From positions 181,226,001-181,290,000 of the forward strand of contig CM097885.1 in assembly GCA_044892525.1 (NCBI GenBank): a stretch of DNA of 64,000 bases, read 5' to 3'. The notes beneath the pieces are model-generated. The model was given only the letters and a program-made list of their open reading frames with translations, was not told the origin of the DNA and made no database searches. The stretch is from Schmidtea polychroa. Taxonomy: Eukaryota. Position 1 is the first letter of the stretch. Each line of letters starts with the position of its first letter. The translations under genes and the position numbers were made by a program. Positions 8,906 through 21,262 of this stretch are shown in pieces.

Positions 8906-9194
8906 ACTATTTTTCATTTATTTTTTAATTTATATAATTTAAAATCAATAATCTGATAAAGATCAAATAGCCCTCTAACTTTTTCATAATGCCATTTTCT
9001 TTTCTATTCTCTTTTTAGTTTGAAGCTTTTGAGTTTGAGGCTTTAAAGATTAAAACAGTTAGAGTCATTAAGGGTGGTTGTTTTCAAAATATAGGGTTAA
9101 AATACTATAAAAGTATAAGTTTTAGGTTGTTTTTCTAATAGCTTAAGTGATTTGGAGGCATGTTTTTGTTGGGGGGCTGTTTTGGTTGGGTATA

Positions 9195-12100
9195 TAACCA
9201 CACTACTAAACGGCCCCTGCCAGACAACCTCCTTTTCACATCTAATATTGACAATGAATCCGCATGATGGTCACAACACGCAATAAAAGCATACATCTTC
9301 TCCTTTGCCATGAAAAAATCAACCATCTTCGTCGACCCTTTCATCGGAAATGCCCTCATCCAGCATAACTATAAAACGTTCTTCTCAACCTTCCCTTTCC
9401 ATGAATTTGCGGAGTGGCATGAAATCATCATACCCATGTCTAATGGACAAAATAGCTGGTTCTTTTTCTTCCAAGATAAAAAACAAAAACTTCCATTACT
9501 CATCGACCCATTAATTGACAACAGCCTTCTGACGCACTCAAAGCTTGCCAATAACCTACTTGAAACTATCCTCGACCTTCAGAAAATTGTCTTACCCATA
9601 TCCATCGAGCTAAAAGAATCCGAATACCCTTGCTGCAGTGTCCCCGCAGATTCAGCTTTCTTCATCTGTCACCTCATTGAATGCCTCATCACACGACACC
9701 CCTTCACTAAGCCCCACATTCCTTCCATGACCCTTGAACTTAAAACAATTATTAATAATTATATTAAAAATAAAATACCAAATAACGATATACGTAAATA
9801 CAAACAATTTATAAAGGATATTATTTTTAATCTCACTGAAAACAAAACAGACGCCGACTCTGCTATTTCCGAAATGGAAAAAATAAATGCAAACATCCAC
9901 CCTTTAAAATATATAACCAAAAAGCCCTCTGATATCATACATAAAAAAACCCGTAATGAGAATGAATTACTCTTCATTAAAAGAAAAAAATACATCATTA
10001 ACCCAAAGGAGGAAGTCGCCAAGATCCTGAGAAATGCCCCCTCTTTCCAGAAACCGACTATGGATAATATTCTGAAACTCTTTGCTGGAACCCTCTCAAC
10101 TTGCTCACCTAACCCCTTGATTAAACTACCCTCACTTCCTGAAACTCTTTCATGCGACCCCCTTGACACTGACGAAATTAAGGCAATCTTCAGGCAACTC
10201 AGCAATACAGCCCCAGGTATGGATGGCATCTCTTTATCTGACTGGAGAATACTATCACCAGACTTCGAATTCCTTCTATCCCTGTTTAACAACCTCCTTC
10301 GCAACACTACATGCCCTATGTCCTGGAAAACATTTCGCTCTAAACTAATTCTAAAAGCTGGAAAGGCCGAGACAAGCCACGAAGCTAGCTCCTGGAGACC
10401 TATATCTATCATGAACACTTCATACCGTATATTCTCCTCACTTCTTAACAATCGACTTCTGAATTGGATAAAACTTGGCAATCTACTGTCTAACAACCAA
10501 AAAGCCATATGTGCACCCGATGGATGTGCCGAAGACAATTTCACTTTACACCTTGTCAAAGATGCTGCAATCCGCAATAAAACTGACCTCCATATCATAT
10601 GGCTTTATATTTCCGATGCTTTCGGATCCTTACCTCACTCTCTTATATGGCACACTCTTACCAATATGGGACTCAACCCAAACACAATTAAACTTATAAA
10701 TGACATGTACAACGATGTGCAAACTATTTTTGAATGTGAAGGAGAACGCTCCCCATCTGTCCCCATTGTAAAAGGAGTTAAACAAGGTTGCCCCTTATCT
10801 ATGACAATCTTCTGCCTATGTATCGACTTCATACTCCAACATGTCTCAAAAAACCACCCCTTCCTATTCCATGGGCACAACATTAGCATCCTTGCCTATG
10901 CCGATGATATTTTACTGATTTCGGACTCGTACTACTCAATAAACCTGGTACTCTCCGAAACGACACACCTTGCTTCACAAGTTAACCTTCGCTTTAAGCC
11001 TTCGAAATCCGGATACTTTCATATCAACCATGATGATAATTATAGCCCAATCCGTCTATACGACGAACTCCTCCCCAGAGTTGATGACTCTAACTTCTAC
11101 CGATACCTTGGAGTTGATTTCACGTATAAGGTAAGACACAACATTGAGGAGAGACTTGAAAATGCCCTAACTGATACCAAAACGATTCTTGCCTCCCATC
11201 TGCATCCTGCCCAAAAACTTAATGCCTACAAAATATTCATTCACTCTCGCCTTACCTATATCTACCGCAACTGCGAGATCCACCACAGTGTACTCGACTC
11301 CAAAAGAAACCTGAAAAATAATGCAGGCTTAGCCCATAGGGGCGCCACCCAAAGACTAAAATCCATAATCAAAAATGCCATTGGCGATAAAATTTGTGAG
11401 CTCAACAACAACTTCCTATATACATCAATCAAACTTGGAGGACTGGGTATAACATCCCTCATTGATGAATACCTTATCCAGGGAATTGTCCACCTTATAC
11501 GTGCCCTCAACTCAACCGACACTGATTTTCGCAACCTCGTCTTATCTGAACTCTGCCATGCCAGAGGAAATGGCAACATCAACTCTGAATCTCTTGGCTG
11601 AATGGCGACTCCACTAAAACCTTTCCATCCAAATCTCTCTTCTCAAAATTCAGGAAATCATCCATAAGACTGCGGCTCAAATATGGGATCTCTACTAAAA
11701 TAGTCTTTATCAAAAATTCCTACCAACTGGAGATTAAATACAAAGTCCGAATTAATTACTTCACCTCTAACCTTAAAGATACCTCATCTGAAATCCATTC
11801 TATTATTAGCCTCATTTATGCCGATAGATGGTCCAAAATGAAATGCCAAGGACATATAGTCAAAAGCATCGGTAGTAGTAGCATTGCTAGTTTTTTCTTC
11901 AAAACGGACTTTCTAACTGACCCGCAATTTATCTTCCTGATCCGAGCACGCAACAACATCCTAAAATTAAACTATACTCCCCGTCGAATAAAATTTAAGA
12001 AATCTACCCTATGTAGGCGCTGCTACGCTCATCCCGAAACACAAGCACACATCTTTAACCACTGCCCTGCTAAATCCAATGCCCGCCGAAACAAACATAG

Positions 12101-12630
12101 AAATGTCCTCCAAGCTGTCTCTGACTTCCTTCTCGAACATAAATACGATATTGAATCGAACAAACCCCAATGGGCATCAACACCACCCTCATCCCTGACC
12201 TCCTTATCAAAACCCCGCGGAATAAACTCATACATATTCTCGACATAAAGGTCCCTTATGAAAATGAAACAAATTTTGAACAAGCTAGGAATAACAACTT
12301 CGAGAAGTACAAAAATTTAGCAATTGATATAGGTCATGCACACAACTGCAAGACCCCTCTGCTTACCCTTGTTATAGGTACACTTGGAACATGGGACAGA
12401 AAGAACGACAAAGACCTAAGGATAATTGGTCTGAGTAAAGCAGAAATTAAAGCCCTAGCAAAAAAAGCCTGTACAGCAGCCGTAATCAGCAGCTACCACA
12501 TATACAGAGAACACATCTACAAAGACTAACACATACCCCCATATTTCCTTATATATTATCTATCTCTCAAAGCATTACCTTATTTATATCAAATCTATTC
12601 TCTACTATACTAAAATATTAACTATCCCTT
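9195..12630 (+). mobile_element. RLE-type non-LTR retrotransposon (NeSL/Utopia/R2-like), inactive; ends uncertain
   Basis: RT, CCHC knuckle and restriction-like endonuclease in the canonical order, with a C/A-rich plus strand from ~9195. No TSD identified. Confidence 0.9.
9310..12529 (+). pseudogene. Retrotransposon ORF (Ulp1-like, RT, CCHC, RLE) with two frameshifts
   Basis: RT motifs APGMDGI, WRPISIMNTSYRIF, WL(Y)ISDAFGS (catalytic Asp to Tyr, codon 10606-10608), GVKQGCPLS, LAYADD, YRYLG. Frameshift ~11593 (continues WLNGD...RWSKMKCQG). CRRCYAHPETQAHIFNHC. Frameshift ~12168. PDLLI..ILDIKVPYE..EKY..VIGTLGTW. Confidence 0.9.
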
Positions 12631-13679
12631 TGCAATGATGAGATTGATAGATGGTATTGTTTATATTTTGAGTATTGCGTATGACTGCATTGTTATTGAT
12701 AATAGCAATAGGNNNNNNNNNNNNNNNNNNNNNNNNNNNNNNNNNNNNNNNNNNNNNNNNNNNNNNNNNNNNNNNNNNNNNNNNNNNNNNNNNNNNNNNN
12801 NNNNNNNNNNNNNNNNNNNNNNNNNNNNNNNNNNNNNNNNNNNNNNNNNNNNNNNNNNNNNNNNNNNNNNNNNNNNNNNNNNNNNNNNNNNNNNNNNNNN
12901 NNNNNNNNNNNNNNNNNNNNNNNNNNNNNNNNNNNNNNNNNNNNNNNNNNNNNNNNNNNNNNNNNNATTCTTTAATTTTTTAATAATATTAACAATAATG
13001 ACAATAAAAATAAAACTAGTAATACAAATAATAAAATTAATATTGACAATAATAATAAAGAGTAATCCCTTAAACTTAATTGACTAAAATATATTTCTAA
13101 TAACCTATACCATACACCTCCTCGGGCAACCGACTTATTTACTAGAAAGGACCCACCATGATGAATACCCAATGATGAATAGAGCCACTCCGACTGCCGG
13201 ACACTACCTCAATCGCCAATCACTCAAAAACATAGCTTGCTTGAACCCATTAAGATGCACCTGTTGTCCAACAATCAGAAGCTAACCAGCGTAAGAATCT
13301 GAACAGTTATAGACAGGGAAAGGCCATGCTCTGCTCAAAGGACATATCTGACACCTGCCCATCAATCCAGTCAGACTGCGGAGCCCAAACCCGACTCTAG
13401 TGACTGATCTCTCAGGCAATCGGACCAGTCAAACGTTACATATAAACCTCAACCCAGCCAATCCGAACAGAAGGCTATAGTACCATGCGGAGCCCGAACC
13501 CAACTCCAATGAAAGATCTATTAATTTGTGTTTAATCCAAGAAACCTCAACCCAACCAATCCAACCAGAAGGCCATACTCAGTCAAATGTTTCATATGTT
13601 CCAGATTTTTGTGTTGTCTTGCCTCATACCTATATTTTTGTTCATTTATATCTAAATCTTTGTAACCCGACCAATACCA

Positions 13680-14220
13680 CCACCTACTAACCAATACCTA
13701 TATTCCTACCACTACCTCCCCTCCCTTTCTACCTACCTCTACCACCCAAAAACTTCTCATCCACTAGCCTCAAGAAACCTTCACCTTCGAAACAACCTTT
13801 CTTCCAAACTCCTATCCTTCAACCTCTACCTTCCAACCTCTACCCACCTATACCACCCAAAACCCTCTCATTAAATAGCCTCAAGAAACCTTCACCCTGC
13901 AAACTACTCTCAAACCCCTATCTTCCAACCTATTCCTTCCAACCTCTACCTTCCAACCTCTAACTTCCAACCTCTACCTCCCAACCTCTACCCACCTATA
14001 CCCCTCAAAACCTAATCCACTAGTCTCAAGAAACCTTCACCTTCCAACCTACTCTTAAACCCCTATCCTCCAACCCATGTCTTCCAACCTCTACTCTACC
14101 CCTCAAAACCTTCTAACCCCTAACCTCACCCACTAGTCCCAAGAAACCTTCACCTCTCAAACTACCTCTACCTCCCAACCACTTCCTTCCATCCACTATC
14201 ATCTGAACTACCAAAACTCA
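13680..14220 (+). repeat. C-rich compound tandem repeat (possible retrotransposon 3' region)
   Basis: About four units anchored by AG(C/T)C(T/C)CAAGAAACCTTCACC (~13767, 13877, 14022, 14135), each with internal CTCTACCTTCCAAC-type subrepeats. G is nearly absent on +. Confidence 0.85.
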
Positions 14221-14655
14221 CCAATTATATCCTATATATGATACTGTATGTCCATGCATAACCATATTTATACCCAACATATTTTTATTATACAGAATTG
14301 TAGCCTGTTTCAAGAAGCTTCAATTCCCAACATCAACCAATTAGATCTCTCGTTTAACGCTTGAGCGCCTGCTCAGCGTTCGCCAGAATACACATAAAAG
14401 CCTTAGATTTCAGAGGGTCGAGAATCTCTCCCCTAATGTCCGACGGGCCTTATGGTTTATTAAAATAAAATTTGATTTTTTATTTTGTCAAATTGATGTG
14501 CGCACACAGACGCGAGGAATTGGTACGTTTTATTTTTATTTTATGTAAATGTAAAGGAATTGATTTTTGTAAATTGTAGATTTAGACTTTTTCGAGTTTT
14601 AGTGTTTTGTTGTTTAAAAGAGGGTTTTCTAGTAAATATAAAGTTCCTGGTTAAA

Positions 14656-14942
14656 ATGGCTTCAGATGTTAAATGTGATCCTTCAGTTACAACACAGATT
14701 GCAATATGCAATCTGTGGACTCAACGAACAGAAGGATAGAATTATTCATTTGGAAACTGGTGAAATAGGTACTCCTTATGCAAAATTCAGAGTACACATG
14801 ATCGAAACATGCTAAAGAAGGTTCCTATGCATTATATGACTATCAGGGTACTTTGGCGTTTATTTCAAGGAAACCAGAAACAATGAAAATCAATTGTCGT
14901 ATGATTATGGCTGCTTCAAAATCAAAGATCGCAACTAAAATC
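14656..14942 (+). pseudogene. Cofilin/ADF-like pseudogene fragment
   Basis: MASDVKCD...YAICGLNEQKDRIIHLETGEIGTPYAKF...[37 protein letters not shown], read across frameshifts, matches the ADF/cofilin MASGV / RYALYD / FISWxPE / KMxYASSK motifs. Confidence 0.65.
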
Positions 14943-15161
14943 TATCCAAACAGTCTTATTTCTGCATCAAGGGATAAATCCATGATTATTTGGGATGACT
15001 TTGAAAATGATGTTGTTATGTCATATGGTGGTCAATTTGCATTGTCTGAATCATGGGACGGACCTTTAGTGTTGTGGGATTTATCCAAATTTATCTTCTT
15101 GCCAAAAATATATTGGCTATGTGCTGCAACTGGATCGTCTATCCAGATTTGGGAGTCGGAA
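14943..15161 (+). pseudogene. RACK1: RACK1 (GNB2L1) fragments, internally deleted
   Basis: [17 protein letters not shown] (cf. ILSASRDKT.I.W), [25 protein letters not shown] (cf. [25 protein letters not shown]), [17 protein letters not shown] (cf. [17 protein letters not shown]). About 150 aa are missing between the last two. Confidence 0.85.
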
Positions 15162-15298
15162 ATTCTAATTTTCCTTGAAATGTCATTAAATTGTTCTCTT
15201 TCTAAAGAAACTCCTGAAGTTCCAGTTCTTAATAGATTATCAGACATGTTTATGAATAAAGGTTAATCGAAAAACATTTGATGATAAATGATCTAGAT

Positions 15299-15469
15299 CA
15301 GGGGTTTCAAACTCAAACTGGCCTGCGGGCCGCATTAGACTAGTATTATGAGCCGGTGGGCCGCAACATAAATAATTGTTTTTCAGAACATGTGGAGTCT
15401 GAAACTCCGACGTTAATATTTATTTAATTAAAAACTCAACAAAACTAAAAAACATTTTTTTATTATTAA

Positions 15470-15558
<89 letters not shown>

Positions 15559-15703
15559 TGTATAACGTCATATGTATAAATAAAAATAATTAAAAAGATA
15601 AGTTTTAATTTATACAGCCAATTATGATTTTAATTGTTAAATAAGTTTGGTTAAATTACAAATCTATGTTTTCTCATTGCGGGTCGCGTGTTTGAGACCC
15701 CTG
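15299..15703. mobile_element. hAT (Charlie-like) MITE carrying (AAT)n
   Basis: TIRs CAGGGGTTTCAAAC / GTTTGAGACCCCTG; perfect 8-bp TSD ATCTAGAT (15291-15298, 15704-15711). Confidence 0.9.
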
Positions 15704-17132
15704 ATCTAGATCCTTTTCTTGGAACACAGCTTTTTGTAAATGATTTGATTGAAATTAAAGTTCCAATGCATTATTTTTCCTGTATTCACTCGAATCACCG
15801 TTTATTTAATTAAAAACAGATATCAATATAGCGATCTAAATTACCGCAACGTAATATGATATCGACAGGAACTATTGCACAACAGTTTCGTCGTTCGACA
15901 CTTACGCAACAATGTCGCAGTATTTTCTCGCACTATATGTAGTCGTTTTAATTATTTTAATACAAAACGCAGTAAAATATATTTTAAAAGGCCGGAAATA
16001 AAATTATTAAATTTTATATTAATAAATCTTAGTATAAATACCAAGCTAAAATTCAGTTGTTACCCAAAAAAAACAGCGTTCAAGAATTTTTTAAAGGTAA
16101 ATCCCGTGAAATAACTAAAACCAGAAATAGACAAAAACGTTTCAAACTTTTCAATTGCAGTAATTTTTATACAGCACGCACATTTAACAAAACATAACAA
16201 AAAATTTTGTAGGTTATTGTCAAAGCGAATAGTTGGAAAATAATCTTATCGGATTTTAATCGGTAATTTTGAATATTTAATAAAATATTTATATCAATAC
16301 TTCGTCTTCATTTATTTACATAAGAACCAGTAAAATTGAAAATCTCAAATAGTGAGACCTCAACATATGTATTTTATAATATTTATTGCAAAATTCACAA
16401 AAGTTTCAATTTTTTGGCTTTGACTCATTATTTTTAATATTTTTTATTTAGCCACCTTTAAATTTATGATTTCAGCACATGAACATCTATTCTTCATATG
16501 ACATTCTCACACTTTTTACCTCGCACTTTTTATTTCGTACTTTTCTCATACTTTTCTCACACATCATCAAATTTCATCATGGGGAAATTCACGGAAGAAA
16601 ATTTTGGGGCGTGGAAAACATAATGGAAATTTCACAATGAAAAATTATAACCCTAAGTTCAAACTCTGTTGATAGAACAATATTTTTAATTAAATAAAAT
16701 TAATAAATTAAAAATATTATTTATGTATTTTTAATAATTCTTGTAATCTCTTTTTTGTCCTTCTATTTCAGGCTTCATTGGAATTCACAATCGGTTTAAA
16801 ATTAAACTTTGGATTCTTTAAAAATTCTGGTTCAACAATTCCTAATCGATTTTTAATACAATTATTTTCTGCTTGTATATTTTCAATTTCATCTCCTAGA
16901 TTTCCATTACCGTCTATTAAAAGGCTAATTAATTTTTGAGTTGCTGGAATCATGGCAACACGTGGTTCTCCTTTTCAATTTGAATTAGTATATATTCCTT
17001 TAATATTTCAATACTTTTCTTTCTAACCTCGCCATCATTCCTTCTTCCTTCCTACTTCAAATTTTAAATTTCCTGAAAAACTTTGTCAAAATATTCTTCA
17101 TCAAAGGACTTGTTAGACTCAACAATTTTATA

Positions 17133-17518
17133 TCATAAAATTTTTAATTTTAATTTATATTCTTGTTTTATTTGGTTTCTTAACTTTTTTTCTACATCTT
17201 TAGAATATTTAATTTCATTAATATTTTCATTTATATTAATTATTGTTTTATTAAATTCTTCAACTTCATTACTGATTAAAACTCCATCTTCCAATGCTTT
17301 CATTTAATATAGAAACAACTTGTTTATCCTCAAGGATAATTCTTTACACACTTCTCGATAAATCTTTTTCTTTTTAGAAGTTAAACCGAGAGAGTTTCCT
17401 TCGGATAAAAATAAAGCATTGGCTCTATAAAAACTATTGGAACCAATTACACTAACACCAGAAAATACTGCAGATGAAACTTACAAAATACCAGTGATTG
17501 TGAGATAAGCCAATTTTT
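17133..17518 (-). pseudogene. Second, diverged copy of the Polinton membrane-protein gene
   Basis: The minus strand reads ..LTSKKKKIYREVCKELSLRINKLFLY*MKALEDGVL.., homologous to YTSKKKSLYREVCLSIELGISKLFLFQ*KALEDGIL in the 2990-3598 gene. Confidence 0.75.
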
Positions 17519-17548
17519 ATTCCACTATCAGCACTAGTCCATCGGGTT

Positions 17549-18003
17549 TACTTTAATAACCGCGTGCTCTATAATGCGCTGTTAAAAACGCGCACTCAAA
17601 ACCACGACCATCATAACCGGGATAGCGTCGATCATAACCGCGCGTCATATAATAATGTTTATACAGGAATGTTTTTAAGTATGATTATCAAAGAGTTCGA
17701 TTATAGAAGGCTCTGAAGGACGAGCACTAACTACAGGCCCATTGTACAATTTATTTATTAATTTAAAACTGTGTAAAAACATCATCAAAAAGAATTACTA
17801 TAAAATGAAACAAAATAAAACCTAACATTATTTAAGCAAAACTATTAATAATAATATTAAAATTGTTAAATCACTATGATTGAGATTGTAAGTATTTTAG
17901 TTGTATGTATTTTGTTGTTATGTAATCTTTCTGCTCACAAGTCGCGATTTTGTTTTCGCGCGTTTTTTAACAGCGCGGTTGTGGGCGCGCGGATATAAAT
18001 GTA
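17549..18003. mobile_element. Degenerate TIR element (Tc1/mariner-pogo-like MITE)
   Basis: Imperfect CpG-rich inverted ends (..CCGCGTG..GCGCTGTTAAAAACGCGC / GCGCGTTTTTTAACAGCGC..CGCGG..) with TA at both termini. Confidence 0.45.
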
Positions 18004-19068
18004 TACCGTTCATCGAGATTTTATTTTTTTATAATGAACAAGTTTTTCATCTAGTTTTTGCTTTTCTAATAAAAATTCATTGATTCTATTCGGAAATCTT
18101 TTTTGTCTTGAAAGTTCTTTGTTAATGATGGCTACAATTTTTTCTTGCGTAACATGGAAGAAATTTCTCTTCATAAACTTCTAGACAATTCATTTTTAAA
18201 GGAATTTATTCAAGTCGGGAATATTTAGAAATTCTTTATATTTAGAACTGGGTGATTTTTTAAATCATTTCATTATTTTTATATGCAAAATCTGAATGTT
18301 ATAAATTCCTTAATGGGTATACAAAAAAATGATATATTATTTCATCTCCAGTGAATTAAAATTTTGAATTTCCATTGTCTGAATAATAATTATTTACCAA
18401 CATGAGATTTTTATTTAATGATATGAGCCCCATAATTACTTTTTTTTCTTTTGATTTTATTATTGTTCCCAAGAAATTAAATGTCCCATGGAAAACAGTA
18501 ATAATAAAAATCTTTTTTGGTAAATCAATTTGAAACAATCCTGAATAATTAGTAATTAATAAATAATAATCTTTTATTATAAAATAGCAATTTGATTTTA
18601 GAGTGATTTCTATTTCATAATAATTAAAAAAATTATTAAATCTACCTAGACTCTTTTGCCTGTTAATATAATATATATTTTAACAACAATAGTTAACCGC
18701 TTCCTACCAGGAAATAGGTCAACGGACATAACCCTATACTTACTTGTGATTTATCGCTTCTAGCATATGCACTCTGCTTGGATTTTTGACATTTACCGAA
18801 ATCTCAGGGTGTTCGTCATAGTCGTTTGACTCGTGATTATATATCGCAGCAACATGAATTTTGTCATTCTGATCGTTCGATCGATTAAAATTATTAGATT
18901 ATCGATTTTAATTTCCATTTAGTCGATTGGAATTTTGCTTGTAATGATCGAAATCTCTTTGGAATTTTTTCCACAATGATTCTGCATCAGAAAATACCTA
19001 AACTTTGATTGACCTTGCTTACCACAGCATAAACATTGAATATTTAGACATTTACAATCCATATAACC

Positions 19069-19412
19069 CAGTGGTTCTCAACCCGTGTTCCGCGAAAAAG
19101 ATGACATTTTATCTTTAAATTTGCATTTAAGATACTTATCATCAAAAACCTCAATTAATTTTTTCTAAGATGATTCAATAAGAAAGCCGTTACACAGATA
19201 TATAAACATACAAATATAAGTGTTTTTATTGCTTGTTATTGTTGAGCGTGGTATTTTCTTTGCTTATAAGAAGGCATTGTTTACATATACGACAGATTTA
19301 TAGTAATTTGTGATTGGTCACTCATTGTGGGCAAGTATTTTTTTGTCAGTGTTCCGCGTAAAAAAATTACGTGAATGGTGTTCCGCGCTTTTATATTAAT
19401 TGAGAACCATTG
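19069..19412. mobile_element. hAT (Charlie-like) MITE
   Basis: TIRs CAGTGGTTCTCAA / TTGAGAACCATTG; perfect 8-bp TSD ATATAACC. A related lone left end lies at 32845. Confidence 0.9.
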
Positions 19413-21262
19413 ATATAACCAAATTCAGGATAAGAATATTTGAACGTTGTTCTGAATTGTTATTTTGGAAACTGGTTTGAATTGGTTGTCTGCATTTGAA
19501 ATCTTGACTGGAATTTCTTCTTGTTTCTTGAAATCGGAGAATTGAGGATATAAGCAAGATATAACTAAGATAAATATGCAGATAATATGAGAGCTTTGGA
19601 CATGAGAAAGAGAGCTGCATGAACCGCAGAACAGTCACAAAGACGGTTCGCAGTACGAAATTCAATACAAATTATCAATACAAATTATCGAAAAGGAACG
19701 AAAGAAAGAATAATCGAGTGGATGAATATTGGATAAAATCTTAAGAAGAGGGGGGGGGGGGGGGGGGTTATGATATTTAATTACCATTGATGTTTAAATA
19801 ATTTATCGTTGGCGCTCTTATAAAAAAAGAAATTGTAATAAATAAACTTGTGACGGAAATCAAGACTTTTAAAAATGAGTTGGATTTAACTGTACAGAAA
19901 AAAACTATATAGAATAAAAATCATTTGTTTTTATGCATGAACCTTTATCAATGGAATGTCTTGTGTTATTTTGTGTTATTTATTATTCTAATAGTTTTAG
20001 TTAATAATATTTATAACATTACAATTTTGATTTATTTAACCCTTCCTGTGCCGTATGCATCTTAACCGTTCTATATATACGTGCACATCAGAACGACCAC
20101 AAAAATCTCCTTTCAGGAAACATTTTAAATACTTCATTTTTTACATCAGCCATGAAGAATTCTTTGATCAATCGGTCTTATAGCATGGAAATGAAGAAAT
20201 TGCAACGGTAGGAAGTAATCTTTATGCAATACACATCTTTGGAAAGACACTCCTTTCAAACTGTAATGATAACTGCAATAAAAACTCCAGAGCGCTTTAA
20301 AGATCGAGGTCAAATGCTAGCTCTGGGAAGCATCACAAAGTTAATAATTTCATCATATAACAGAATGACTGGACATTTCATTTCCCCAGAAAGTTTTCCT
20401 TCAAGCAGTTTTTCAAAGCTTGTATTAAATTTGTCGCGCCCTTCGTGAAACGCTATCATATACTTGACCTCAATAGTCATAGTTGAAAAATTTACCTTCT
20501 TCCAATTTTTCAAGAATGTTATTTGCCAAGCTGAGTGCATAATTTTTGTTGATTTAAAAAAAAATCCTAAAGTACCTCAGTTATTTCAACTTTTCTTATT
20601 TTCATCAACATGAACGTTACCAACATCTCGGAAACCTGAGTTTCATGGGAAATATCTGGAGTCGATATCAAGTATTTTGCAACCATAATTTCGAAAATAA
20701 TTCTTTTTGACAGTTTCACGAAGAAGATCGAATTTTTCGTTTTAACTTCTTTTGGACAAGTAACAGACACTTTTTGGTATCCATTTCCTTTTCTGAAAGA
20801 TCTCATTTATTCGACGAAAAATCTTATTGTTGCTAAAATGTTTCCTGGAACACTTTGACAAAAGGTTTTAATAACATGACTGTACAGAAAAGGTCATACA
20901 CAAGACAACATCTTAGGCTCCCTTTAACATATTTGCCACTCAAAACGGCCGTGTAAAAACTATAATAAATCAACATAGACAAGTTCAAATACTAAATTTG
21001 TATTTCTCCCTTTGACTGGATGCCTGGGACAGTCACATAATCTGCTATCCTTCTACTCGCTACAGTTTTCATATGTTAAATGCAATTTCTTATGTTTCCT
21101 ATAATCACATTTTGCCTATTGAATTTCTTACAAAATAGTGGGAAATTTTTTTATACCTTTCCCAGTGGAACGGTACAATAAAATATTATTTATAAAATTC
21201 ATCAACTTTGTTTTTGAAATGCATATTTTCACTGTTTCATACGATTATAATAAATTTTATGT

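Noticed and set aside
433-11582. Antisense or overlapping short ORFs over Polinton and retrotransposon genes (e.g. 433-807, 1980-2300, 9759-10598)
   Set aside because: Shadow ORFs of the real coding strand with no recognisable motifs.
14430-14530. Weak resemblance to flatworm spliced-leader RNA as a NeSL target
   Set aside because: Only a short GACGG.C.TTAT similarity to a sequence recalled from memory; no Sm site or leader/GT structure could be verified.
20040-20900. Possible piggyBac-like left end (TTAA-CCCTTC..CGTATG) with decayed ORFs
   Set aside because: No matching right TIR and no recognisable transposase motif.
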